Virus record (IMG/VR): IMGVR_UViG_2882613001_000002
Location: 1-64,000 of that record
DNA from: a virus
Taxonomy: Duplodnaviria; Caudoviricetes
Length of the DNA stretch: 64,000 nt
Reading direction: 5' to 3' (one strand)
Shown here one piece after another: positions 55,236 through 64,000 of this stretch. A model generated the notes under the pieces. That model had not been told where the DNA came from. It worked only from the letters and a program-made list of their open reading frames with translations, and ran no database searches. The position numbers and the translations under genes are program-made. Every line of letters begins with the position of its first letter. The first letter of the stretch is position 1.

Positions 55236-55898
55236 TCAGGCGACGGCGCGCACGCCGAACAGCTGCGCCAGGAACGCGGCAAGGGGCGAGCGATCCGCCG
55301 GGCGGGCTTTGGCCGGGGCGCTTTGCATCGGCGCCGGGATGATCACGGCCGCGCGCGCCAGACGGGTCGCACGATCAAGTACGCCGCAGTCATCGGCTTG
55401 CGCGCCCGCGTTCTTGCCGATGACCCGCACCGACCAGCCCGCGCCGAAGGTGCGCCAGGTCCGCAGCCCACGCAGGAAGCGCATGCGCCGGGCACAGAGC
55501 GCGGCAATCACCGCCTCGACGTCGGCGCCATTGGCGGCCGCCAGCGTCTGCGCGCCGACAATCCCGTCGACCGAGACCCCCAGCACCCGCTGCAGCTCCC
55601 TGGCCGCGTGCCCCACGCCGGAGTTCACCGCGTAGTCGCCAACGCAGTAATCAAGCCCAGTAGGCAGCAGATCCGCCCCCACCTTGTCGAGGTATTGGTG
55701 CGCGATGATCGCCTCGGCCTCGGCCTTCGGGATCCCGCGCACCGGGCGCAGACGCTGGCCGTGCATCCGGTTCCAGGCATCAAAGGTGCCTTGGGTGATG
55801 CCGCGATCCGTCGCGCCGCCAGGATCGTCGGGATGATGCACATAGCCCCCCTCCGACAGGCCGATCCAGGATTGGATAAGCTGATAGTTCTTCCGCAT
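55236..55898 (-). CDS. Endolysin, glycoside hydrolase family 108
   Basis: SEGGYVHHPDDPGGATDRGIT, DYAVNSG, TFGAGW; RBS GAAGGAG before ATG 55898. Confidence 0.9.
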   Translation of the reverse strand: MRKNYQLIQSWIGLSEGGYVHHPDDPGGATDRGITQGTFDAWNRMHGQRLRPVRGIPKAEAEAIIAHQYLDKVGADLLPTGLDYCVGDYAVNSGVGHAARELQRVLGVSVDGIVGAQTLAAANGADVEAVIAALCARRMRFLRGLRTWRTFGAGWSVRVIGKNAGAQADDCGVLDRATRLARAAVIIPAPMQSAPAKARPADRSPLAAFLAQLFGVRAVA

Positions 55899-55910
55899 TT
55901 CTGTCTCCTT

Positions 55911-55943
55911 CAAAGCAAAAGGCCCCGGAGTTTCCGGGGCCTT
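55911..55943 (-). terminator. Intrinsic terminator immediately upstream of endolysin RBS
   Basis: AAGGCCCCGGA-AAC-TCCGGGGCCTT followed by TTGCTTT. Confidence 0.7.
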
Positions 55944-55972
55944 GGGTCAGGGTGTTGCGCGGGCGGGGTGTA

Positions 55973-56284
55973 TCAGGGCGGTCGGTCCAGGAGCGTCGCT
56001 GCCGCCGCGACCAGACAGCCCGCGATCAGCCAGATCGCCTTGTCGAGCGCGCGAAAGAAGATCCCGCGTCCGATGCTGAGACGTTCCAGCAGCACCACTT
56101 TCTCCGTGAGGATCGCCTGATCGTGCTCATGCTTGCGGGCCAGCAGGCCCTGGTCCCGGTCATAGCGCTCCATCCGCTTGAACAGCGTCACCAGCTGTTC
56201 CTGCATCCGGGCCTGCTGGACCACCACGTCAGACAGCTTGTCGAGCGTCTGTTCGATCCGTTCCAGCCTCTGCTGATCTGACAT
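55973..56284 (-). CDS. Coiled-coil protein with C-terminal TM (lysis-associated)
   Basis: MSDQQRLERIEQTLDKL...AIWLIAGCLVAAAATLL. Confidence 0.65.
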   Translation of the reverse strand: MSDQQRLERIEQTLDKLSDVVVQQARMQEQLVTLFKRMERYDRDQGLLARKHEHDQAILTEKVVLLERLSIGRGIFFRALDKAIWLIAGCLVAAAATLLDRPP

Positions 56285-56337
56285 GCACATGCCCCCAAGT
56301 GTCTGCTGAGTGTCTGCCCCCCTGCCCCGAACGGCTG

Positions 56338-56763
56338 TCAGGCAATGCCGGGGCGCATGAGTGTGGCCTGCACGGTGAGGCTTGAACCATCCTCCCCGCT
56401 GGATTGATACGCGGGCCGCGCGGCGACCTCGGTATAGGCCTGCCAATCGTCAGGTCGGGACTGCACGTCGGCATAGACCGCATCTACCGTATCGAGACCC
56501 GTGTAGGGCGCGCGGCCGAGGACCCGAACACCTTCAAGTGTTTCCCATGCGGGCACCTCATCTTCCCGCAAGTGAACGTAGCAGATGAAGGCCTCGCCGC
56601 CTGGCTGGTAGACAGCGGGCGTTCGCGCAAGACCGACGACCCGCGGTGTTTCGAACCCGTTTTCGTCGCTGGGAAGGGCCACGTATTGGGGCATGGAAGA
56701 GAGGAGACCCGCGAGGAAGGTGGCTTCGTTTTCGCCGCGCACGAGAGCTGCTGTGAGGGTCAT
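56338..56763 (-). CDS. Hypothetical protein (possible fibre chaperone)
   Basis: ATGA overlap with the spike fibre gene. Confidence 0.6.
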   Translation of the reverse strand: MTLTAALVRGENEATFLAGLLSSMPQYVALPSDENGFETPRVVGLARTPAVYQPGGEAFICYVHLREDEVPAWETLEGVRVLGRAPYTGLDTVDAVYADVQSRPDDWQAYTEVAARPAYQSSGEDGSSLTVQATLMRPGIA

Positions 56764-58004
56764 TGGGCAGTCCTCGCCTTCATGGCTTCAACTGGCACGG
56801 AGGCAGGATAAAGACCAAGCCCCAAGACGCTCGTGTTCCGGACAGATAACTGACCGGGGAACGCATCTGCAATCCGCAGCGTGGTGGGAGCTGCGTATCC
56901 TGACGGGACGTTGGCGTCCCATAGGGTGCCGTTGAGGACGAGCGACAGGTTGCCCGGAGAGAAGCGGCACGCTATCGAATACTCTGCGGGTAGGCTATAA
57001 GGGCTGACAGCAGAAGCGTAGCCCCCACTATAGAACTGACGTGCTTGAGTGCTGGAGCCAGATAGCACCGTAATGAGACGGTTGACCTCTTCGGACCCTC
57101 CGTCGAGCTCGAACAACCTGTCACCCGAGAGTAATTCACCCCACAAGAGCCCGTCCAGAACGAGCCAAAGCCCATCGTCCAGGTCAAACTCGGATATGTC
57201 TGAGAGCGGGTGGTCACCGGCGCGAGTAACTGCCCCACTGGTCGTGTCGATGTAAGAGGACGCCGCGTTGTTTTCTTCCAGCTGGGCACCCCACACCGCC
57301 ACCGAACCGTAGGAAGCTGGAACTCCGATGAACGATCTGTGTGGGTAAACACGCACGTTCTCGCATCCCTCGGGTACTACAAAGGTGCACGCCACGCGTG
57401 CCCACCCGTTAGCCAACGTCTGCGTTACGTATGCGTCAGATACAACGGGATGGACAATGAAGGACGCGTCGGTGTTGTTGTACACAGCCAGATAGTTGAT
57501 CGAAGTCCCTTTCTTGACGTAGTAGCTGAACGTAAGGGTCGTCCCAGCTACCACAGACAGGGATTGTTGATACAGGATGCCGGTGGAAGACCCGGTTACA
57601 TTCAGGCTATCCGCCAGTGTAACGCCATCAGGGGAGACAACCGAATTAGGGGTCACGGTCATGCCGTTAGCCTTTTCCCATATATCGTTGGTGTAGTCCT
57701 TAGAGTACAGCACAGTGTTGGTAGCGGTATTCTCGACCAAAAGGCGGCGCTTTCCAGTCCGCCAGTCGAACCTGGGCTCGTTGATAGGAGCTGTACCTAC
57801 AGTCAAATCCTCGGCCACGTACCGAGCAGCCCCGGCTCGCGTGAACGAGAGGTTCTTGAACTGCGTGACCGGCTGTCCGTTACGAGCATATCGTCCATTC
57901 TCGAAGTCGGCGTACCACAAGGGGGCCACGCCGTTGATGGCGCCAAACCCGTTTCGCAGCGCGGTCATCCCGAAGTTATTCGCGGCGAAGAGCATCAGAC
58001 CCAT
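56760..58004 (-). CDS. Head-spike fibre-like protein with carbohydrate-binding/lectin-type domains (RcGTA rcc01080-like)
   Basis: YADFENGRY, FTRAGAARY, LLVENTATN, WGAQLEE...SSYIDT, VTRAGD; follows spike base gene. Confidence 0.7.
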   Translation of the reverse strand: MGLMLFAANNFGMTALRNGFGAINGVAPLWYADFENGRYARNGQPVTQFKNLSFTRAGAARYVAEDLTVGTAPINEPRFDWRTGKRRLLVENTATNTVLYSKDYTNDIWEKANGMTVTPNSVVSPDGVTLADSLNVTGSSTGILYQQSLSVVAGTTLTFSYYVKKGTSINYLAVYNNTDASFIVHPVVSDAYVTQTLANGWARVACTFVVPEGCENVRVYPHRSFIGVPASYGSVAVWGAQLEENNAASSYIDTTSGAVTRAGDHPLSDISEFDLDDGLWLVLDGLLWGELLSGDRLFELDGGSEEVNRLITVLSGSSTQARQFYSGGYASAVSPYSLPAEYSIACRFSPGNLSLVLNGTLWDANVPSGYAAPTTLRIADAFPGQLSVRNTSVLGLGLYPASVPVEAMKARTAQ

Positions 58005-58252
58005 CCCACGACAGTGGCAGTCGTGCCCGTGGCCTCGATGCCGACCGGCGAGAAGTAGATCGTTTCACAGGCGAGCACGGTCAGTGTGACCACAACGCCA
58101 TTAATGTCGCGCATCGAGAGATCGCCCCCCGTCAGCACGCGGAGCATGCGAGGCCGGTCCGGGAGATCAACGCCGTCTGCAGGCACGATCAGGAAGTGCT
58201 GTTGCGCCGGGCTTTCGAGACCGCGCGCATAGGTGCGATACTGGTCAGTCAT
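57995..58252 (-). CDS. Head-spike base protein (RcGTA rcc01079-like)
   Basis: MTDQYRTYARGLESPAQQHFLIVPADGVDL...ATGTTATVVGW. Confidence 0.75.
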   Translation of the reverse strand: MTDQYRTYARGLESPAQQHFLIVPADGVDLPDRPRMLRVLTGGDLSMRDINGVVVTLTVLACETIYFSPVGIEATGTTATVVGWV

Positions 58253-58352
58253 GGGGGCACCCGCGAGGGGTCGAGGCCCGCATGCAGAGGGCAAAGGTGT
58301 CGGACATGGAGATCTCCTGGTTTGGTCAGTGACGTGGGGGGCGGATCGCGCG

Positions 58353-58970
58353 TCAGGCGGCTTCCAGTGCGGCGATCCGATCTGTCAGGGCGATGATCGC
58401 GGCATTGAGATCGGCCATCGTGGGCCGATCTGTGCGGTACCAGAGGCCGGCACTGCCCTGCCCGCCCCAGCCGGGGATCCAGATGTGGACCCCGGAGCGC
58501 GGGACCAGCACCCCGTTATAACCGGTCGGGGTTGCCTGGTTCTTGGTACCGACCGCAGCGGGTCCGACCTCGAAGGCCTGGTAGATGAAGGCGCCGACCT
58601 CATAGACCAGTCCGCTCGCACCATCGTCCCATTGCTCGACATACCCGGCGACCCGCTGCGCATTTTCGCTGGCGGCGACGGAGATGTCTCGCGCCGCTTC
58701 CGCCGCCACCCGCGCGGCAACGGCGATCCCCTTTGAGGAATCTGCACCCTGCCGGGCAAACTGGGCGGCACCGCTGGCCTCATTTGTCTGCGTCAGCGTC
58801 GCGGACATCTCCCCCAGGGCAGCAGCAATCTCGGTGGCCATCGCTGCCAGCTGCGGCGCGCCGGTGGCGGTGAACCACTCGAACAGCGCCTGGGCGCGCG
58901 GTGAGAAGGTCGCCGGGTCACCCTCGGAGGGTAGCAGTCCCTCAAAGGGGGTAAACTCGGGAACGGGCAT
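58353..58970 (-). CDS. Virion/tail hypothetical protein
   Basis: 205 aa, Ala-rich helix; coupled to upstream gene. Confidence 0.6.
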   Translation of the reverse strand: MPVPEFTPFEGLLPSEGDPATFSPRAQALFEWFTATGAPQLAAMATEIAAALGEMSATLTQTNEASGAAQFARQGADSSKGIAVAARVAAEAARDISVAASENAQRVAGYVEQWDDGASGLVYEVGAFIYQAFEVGPAAVGTKNQATPTGYNGVLVPRSGVHIWIPGWGGQGSAGLWYRTDRPTMADLNAAIIALTDRIAALEAA

Positions 58971-59923
58971 CAGGCCACTCCTGTGATGGTGAAGGAATAT
59001 TCGTACTCATCCGGCAGATCCTCGCCCCACTTGACGGGCCCGAGGATGCCGAACTGCACGCTGGAGGCGCGCGTGGGGGAGCCGATGGCGGCCACCAGAG
59101 ACCCGGAGTTGCGGTCCAGCTCGGGCTTGATCTGATCCCAGAGGGCTTTCGAGGCGACGACGCGATAATCCATCTCGACCCGCGTCGGCCCCTTGGCCAG
59201 CGTCAGACTGCCATAGTCGTTGAAGCTGTAGCGGCTACCGCTGATCGAGCGTCCTTCGGTGCTGCCCACCTGCGCCGCGCCAATCGAGAGGCTGGCGCCC
59301 AGGAACAGCTCGCCCAAACTCACCCGACTGCCCCGCAGCGCCACGATCACGCGGCGTGTCGTACCCGGAATATCCAGCACCACCAGCTTGTCGGAATAGG
59401 CCCCGAAGGGGGTGGAGAACCAGGCCCACCAGTCCCGCACCTGCCGACCGGACAAGTTGGTGTCCCGGTCCAGCAGCACCTTGTCGTTGATGTCGAGACA
59501 GATCAGCCGGGCGCTGCTGGCCCGCACCCCGAACAGGATCAGCGTATCGACCCCCGACAGCCCCGGCATGTCGAGGATGATCGGTGCACTCGCCGGATCA
59601 ATCCCGAAGCTGGGATCGAGCCAGGGCACCTCGGCGTCGGGTTCCTCGAAGGCCACCGTGGCATTGCTCAGCACCCCGTCGAAGCAGGCAAAGGCGTTGG
59701 TGTAGCGATCAAACACCCAGCGTGCCGCCACCACCGACTGATCCTCGACCAGCGGATCGAGGCCGAGGTTGTCCGGGATCGCCGACTGATAGATCCGGTG
59801 ATCGCGCACCACCCGCGCGTTGAGCGGATAGGTCACGCCCGCAGCCCACGCCGGGGCATCCTCCTCGGGGATCGAACAGCGCACCTGCCCCAGGTCCGGA
59901 GCAAACTTGCGTGAGATGAACAT
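58970..59923 (-). CDS. Tail-tip/distal tail-like virion protein
   Basis: 317 aa beta-rich protein directly after tape measure. Confidence 0.6.
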   Translation of the reverse strand: MFISRKFAPDLGQVRCSIPEEDAPAWAAGVTYPLNARVVRDHRIYQSAIPDNLGLDPLVEDQSVVAARWVFDRYTNAFACFDGVLSNATVAFEEPDAEVPWLDPSFGIDPASAPIILDMPGLSGVDTLILFGVRASSARLICLDINDKVLLDRDTNLSGRQVRDWWAWFSTPFGAYSDKLVVLDIPGTTRRVIVALRGSRVSLGELFLGASLSIGAAQVGSTEGRSISGSRYSFNDYGSLTLAKGPTRVEMDYRVVASKALWDQIKPELDRNSGSLVAAIGSPTRASSVQFGILGPVKWGEDLPDEYEYSFTITGVA

Positions 59924-59926
59924 GGC

Positions 59927-62900
59927 TCAGAACTCCCTTTCAACAGGCATGCCGATTGTTTCCCAGCCCTCGATCAGATCGACCAGGCGGCGCAGGGCGT
60001 TGGTTTGCGCGGTGTCGCCCTCACTCAGCCGTCCGAGGCTGGCGGCCAGCGTCACACCGGCGTCGCCTGCCGCATGCACATCCGCCGCATAGCCGCGCGC
60101 CTCGGCAATCGAGGCGATCCGGGCGTCGAACTCCGAGGCGTAGTAGCTGCCGAGGTCATATCCGCCGGAGAGATCCGGCAGCCCCACCTCGGCCAGATCG
60201 GACACGCCGCCCTTCACCTTGACGAAGAGGTCCGAGAGCGACAGCAGCGCGGCATAGGTCTTGCGCCCCGCCTCGGTCATCAGATCCTGCCCGGTCACCA
60301 GGTCGCGGAACTGACGCGCCGTCTGCGGTACCGCCAGCCCGAGGGCGCCAAGACGCCGCCCCAGCTCCTCGCTGGCCATGCCGAGCTGCTCGCTTTCCGA
60401 GTAGAAGGTGTTGGTGAAGCTGGCGATCTGGCCCGACAGGCTGGAGAGGCCGCCCGCCGCGTTGATCAGCTCATCGGACGCCCAGACCATGGCCTGCGCC
60501 GTGCCTGCAAAGCCCTGTCCCAGCGGCGTCAGCATCGCGCTCACATCCGCGAAGGCCGACCACAGGCCCCTGGTCCCGGCATCGAACTCCAGGAACTGAT
60601 CAGAGAGCGCCAGCAGGGTGGCATAGGTCTTCTGGCCCGCCGTGGTCATCAGGTCCTGCCCGGTGACCAGGTTGCGGAACTCTTCCGTGGTCTTCGGCAC
60701 CGCCAGCCCAAGCTCGGCGAACTGGCCATGCACCGAGGCGCTGACCATGCGGAAGCGCTCGGCGTCGGTGTAAAAGCCCTGCGTGAAGCTGGAGATCCGG
60801 CTTGCCAGCGTGTCGATGCCGCCCGCGATATCGGCCAGGGCATCCGCTGACAGGGCCATGTTCTGCAGCGTGCCGACAAAGCTGTGCCCGATGGGATCCA
60901 GCAGGGTCTTCAGCGTGGCAAAGTTCTGCAGGGCATCATAGCCAACCCCGGCAAAGGCCTGCGTGACCGTGTCGGCATAGCCCGCGAACCACGCCTCGAC
61001 CTTGGCCTGCACCTCGGCCTCCGACATCCCCTTCGTGTCGATCTGGTCCAGGGCGACATCGACCCCGGCCACCATGGATGTGGTGACGCCCGTGCCCGCC
61101 AACTTGAAGGCCTGGGCGACCGAGGCCTGCACCTCGCCCAGCTGATCGTCAAGCATGGCCTGCGTCGCCGCGTCAAAGCCCGCGAGGCTGGTCGAGGTGC
61201 GTTTCTTCAGACCCCACCAGCTGCTCTTGCGGGTGGTCTCGAAGGTGCCGCCCGCCAGACCGCCGCCCTGCACGCCAAGCTGCAGGCCGGAGCCGATCAG
61301 CTTCCTGGAGGAAAAGCTCTTGATCAGCCCGATCCCGGCGGTCACCGCGCCGATGATCGGCATGGCGGCCGAGAGCGCGCTGCCGATCCCCGCCATCGAC
61401 AGGCCACCGGCGAGTTCCGAGGTAACCGCGCCGAAGGCCGACGACAGGCCGCCGGTGATCGCGCCGATGCCCGCACCATCCTTGCCAAGCGAGGCCTGAA
61501 GCAGATCACCGAAGCCTTGCGAAGCGGCATTGCCCACGCCGGACTTGAGATCCCCGAGCGCCCCGGCAATGTCACCGGAGGCGAAGGAGGCCATGGTGCC
61601 CTGCACCGCCCGACCGAGATCGGTAACCTCCTCCTTCAAGTCCTTGATCGGGCTTTTGCCATTGCGGCCCAAGGTGCTGAGGTTCCTGTCGAGGTCGGAG
61701 ACCGCATCGCCGCTCTCTTCCAGTGCCTTCGTCACGCCGACCGTGGCCGCCTCGACCTCCCCGGCCCCCGCCTCGCCGGTCTTGGAGGTTTCGGCCAGTG
61801 CCGCCTTCAGGGCGGCCACCGACTTGAGCGGTGCCTTGATACCCTCCGCCAGCTTGGCGTTCTCGGCCTGCATGTTGCCGATGCTGCCCTGCAGCTCGTC
61901 AATCGCTGCCTGCGTGGCATAGACCTTTGCGCCTGCCGAGATCGCGGCATTGCCGACCGCGAGGTAGGCGTCATCCATGAACGGCACATCGCGCAGCTGG
62001 TCTTTGATCCCATGCAGGAAATCAGCCCATTTTGTCTGCACCGCCACCAGCATCTTCAGCGCGCCGATCTCGATGGTCTGCCAGATCTCCGCCATGCGGT
62101 TCTGCAGGATCTGTCCCGCGTCAGCGATGCGCGCGAAGGCTTCCGAGGCGACATCCTTGGCCAGGGCCAGCGCCGTGCCAAAGCCGCCAACGCGCTCCAT
62201 CGCGCCCTTCAGCTTTACCCCGACATAGACGGCACCGGCGGCCAGTGCCGCAAAGCCTCCGACCATCAGACCGATAGGCGAGGCAATGGCGACCACCACG
62301 GGCAAGAGTGCCGAGGCCGCCGCCGCCATGCCGCCGAGCGCCAGCAGCGCCGGGCCGAGGCTGGCCGCCACCGCGCCGCCGATCACCACGAAGCGTTTCG
62401 TCTCCGGCGACAACCCCTGGAACGCGACGGCCATGTCGGAAACGCGCCCGGCGATGTCCGCCGCCACCGGCAGGACAATCGCCCCGACCTGTTCCATGGC
62501 ATCGCCGATATCCATCATCGCGGCCTGGATCTGTCCCGAGGGCAGATCACGCAGCGCCTGCGCCTGACCGGCGTATTGCTGGCGCAGCGCCTCCAGGATC
62601 TTTTCCTGCGCGCCCGAGACATCCCCCAGCTCGACCATCGTCTTGATGGTGGCCTTCTGCTGCTCCGAGAAGGACACGCCGACCCGACTCAGCGCCGACA
62701 GGCCTTTCACCGGATCGTTCAACGCCTTGCCCAGCATGATCGCCGAGCTTTGCAGGTCCTGCCCAAGCGCCGCCGACATGTCGAGCGCCGCCTGCTGCGC
62801 CCCGACGAAGACCTCGCCGGTGACATTGCCGAAGGTCAGCATGGTGGAGGTCACGCGGCCGAGGATATCCTCATCGCCGAACAGCGACGTGCCCTGCAGC

Positions 62901-63214
62901 CCGCTCGCCATGCTCTGCAACTGCTCGGAGGTGAAGCCCGCCGTCTGGCCCATCGAGGCCAGCGCCGCATCGACCTGTGCCACCGCATTGGCCTGCACCC
63001 CCTGCAGGTTCATCGACTGCTTGGCAATCGCCACCAGCGGCGCCGTCAGCCCGAGCGACATCCGCCCGCCAATCTTGCCGAAGTCCTTCGCCAGCCCGGA
63101 GAAGTCCTTTTGCATGCGGCGCATGCTCAGCGTCGCCTCGGATGCCCCCTTGTGGAACTGCGCCGAGTTCATGCCGAGATCGACGCGCAGCGCGCCGATG
63201 ATGCCCTTGAACAT
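59927..63214 (-). CDS. Tail tape measure protein
   Basis: IGALRVDLGMNSAQF, LGKALNDPVKGLSALSRVG, internal repeats (LGLAVP..T..FR.LVTGQDLMT.AG.KTYA.LL.LSD.F twice). Confidence 0.92.
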   Translation of the reverse strand: MFKGIIGALRVDLGMNSAQFHKGASEATLSMRRMQKDFSGLAKDFGKIGGRMSLGLTAPLVAIAKQSMNLQGVQANAVAQVDAALASMGQTAGFTSEQLQSMASGLQGTSLFGDEDILGRVTSTMLTFGNVTGEVFVGAQQAALDMSAALGQDLQSSAIMLGKALNDPVKGLSALSRVGVSFSEQQKATIKTMVELGDVSGAQEKILEALRQQYAGQAQALRDLPSGQIQAAMMDIGDAMEQVGAIVLPVAADIAGRVSDMAVAFQGLSPETKRFVVIGGAVAASLGPALLALGGMAAAASALLPVVVAIASPIGLMVGGFAALAAGAVYVGVKLKGAMERVGGFGTALALAKDVASEAFARIADAGQILQNRMAEIWQTIEIGALKMLVAVQTKWADFLHGIKDQLRDVPFMDDAYLAVGNAAISAGAKVYATQAAIDELQGSIGNMQAENAKLAEGIKAPLKSVAALKAALAETSKTGEAGAGEVEAATVGVTKALEESGDAVSDLDRNLSTLGRNGKSPIKDLKEEVTDLGRAVQGTMASFASGDIAGALGDLKSGVGNAASQGFGDLLQASLGKDGAGIGAITGGLSSAFGAVTSELAGGLSMAGIGSALSAAMPIIGAVTAGIGLIKSFSSRKLIGSGLQLGVQGGGLAGGTFETTRKSSWWGLKKRTSTSLAGFDAATQAMLDDQLGEVQASVAQAFKLAGTGVTTSMVAGVDVALDQIDTKGMSEAEVQAKVEAWFAGYADTVTQAFAGVGYDALQNFATLKTLLDPIGHSFVGTLQNMALSADALADIAGGIDTLASRISSFTQGFYTDAERFRMVSASVHGQFAELGLAVPKTTEEFRNLVTGQDLMTTAGQKTYATLLALSDQFLEFDAGTRGLWSAFADVSAMLTPLGQGFAGTAQAMVWASDELINAAGGLSSLSGQIASFTNTFYSESEQLGMASEELGRRLGALGLAVPQTARQFRDLVTGQDLMTEAGRKTYAALLSLSDLFVKVKGGVSDLAEVGLPDLSGGYDLGSYYASEFDARIASIAEARGYAADVHAAGDAGVTLAASLGRLSEGDTAQTNALRRLVDLIEGWETIGMPVEREF

Positions 63215-63217
63215 GGA

Positions 63218-63939
63218 TCAGGCTCCTTTCTGCTTGGCGGCCTGCCGTTGCGCGACCCGGCCCGCGAAGTAGGCGCTCAGCTCGGCGTCGCTCGATCCAC
63301 GATGGCGACGGCCATCGAGGAACGCGGTGGGTTTGGGGAACTGTTTCGGGGCATGGGTGGCGATCATCATCAGCTGGCCGAGGCTGTAGATCTCGCCCCG
63401 GCGCTGCCGCATCGCACGCTCCTGCCCGAGCAAGACCCCGGACAGGATCAGATCGACTTCCCGCAACGTCAGCCGCCCGAACAGCGCATAGGACTGTCCG
63501 GCGGCGATCCATTGGCGGATCAGCTCTTGCCAGTCGATACCGGTTCGGCTTTGGCCCTGGCGGGGGGATCGGCCTTCTCGGCCTGCGGCTTTCCCGCCGA
63601 TCCGTCCTCCGGCCCGGCAAACGCCAGGCTGACGGCACTGCCCACGGCGGCGACGGAGGCGTTGATGCCGCAGGCATCGATGACCGCCCCGGCTTCGCGC
63701 TCGGTGATGCCGTCGTGATGGGTCATCAACCCGCACCATACAAGGCGGCGCAGCACCGACGGGTTGAGCTTGCCGCCCTGCACCTCTTCAAAATAATCCT
63801 GCACGGATTGGAATTCCTTCCCCGTCAGGGTCTCGTATTCGATCATCGCGTTGATCGAATAGGCCAGTTTCCAGCCAGTGCCAGTGCCTGGGCCGCTGCC
63901 GGTTTTCGGTTTCAGGGGCACGTGGTTTTGCATCGTCAT
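63218..63939 (-). CDS. Extended tail assembly chaperone (gpGT-like) via predicted -1 frameshift at G GGA AAG (63595-63589)
   Basis: -1 frame open: GKAAGREG...IDWQELIRQWIAAG...KQKGA, ending just before the tape measure gene. Confidence 0.75.
63520..63939 (-). CDS. Tail assembly chaperone (gpG-like)
   Basis: KLAYSINAMIEYE..TG; position before tape measure. Confidence 0.8.
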   Translation of the reverse strand: MTMQNHVPLKPKTGSGPGTGTGWKLAYSINAMIEYETLTGKEFQSVQDYFEEVQGGKLNPSVLRRLVWCGLMTHHDGITEREAGAVIDACGINASVAAVGSAVSLAFAGPEDGSAGKPQAEKADPPARAKAEPVSTGKS

Positions 63940-64000
63940 GTCGGGATCCTTTCAGGGCGCGTGGGGCGTCATGCCGCCACGGCAACAAAGAGATCGCCGC

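Larger units (their letters stand above)
50197..64000 (-). mobile_element. Prophage 2 (tail, head-spike and lysis genes plus terminal cargo); continues beyond the window
   Basis: Minus-strand chaperone, tape measure, spike and lysis genes; bounded on the left by tRNA remnant and arm-like repeats. Confidence 0.75.

Overview
High-GC alphaproteobacterial (Rhodobacteraceae-like) DNA made of two abutting prophage-type elements, with no host housekeeping genes. They are separated by a 19-nt tRNA-Ser-like 3' remnant at 50178-50196. Element 1 (1-~50177) is a lambda-type siphoviral prophage on the minus strand. It has a GTA-like tail tip with the lysis cassette inside the tail module, a protease-capsid fusion, portal, terminase, a cos-like site, two DNA methyltransferases (one apparently encoded in two fully overlapping frames), replication genes with an iteron-rich origin, a sigma factor, a Com-like zinc finger and a 730-aa unknown protein. 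A plus-strand DUF2924/serine recombinase module follows, then a cargo block: GIY-YIG endonuclease, C5 MTase, Vsr, unknown protein, Mrr-SF2 helicase, MORC-type GHKL ATPase and a PD-(D/E)xK-like protein. No CI-type repressor is recognisable. Instead there is an alphaproteobacterial LexA box, a bipartite motif repeated exactly in front of the replication and recombinase operons, and a hairpin abutting the sigma start codon. Element 2 (~50197 to beyond 64000) shows tail, RcGTA-like head-spike and lysis genes. Its terminal cargo is a dCMP-type thymidylate synthase homolog plus an aGPT-PPlase clade 3 protein, and a HigB/HigA-IrrE-like pair. All family assignments come from motif recognition by eye; no database searches were run.
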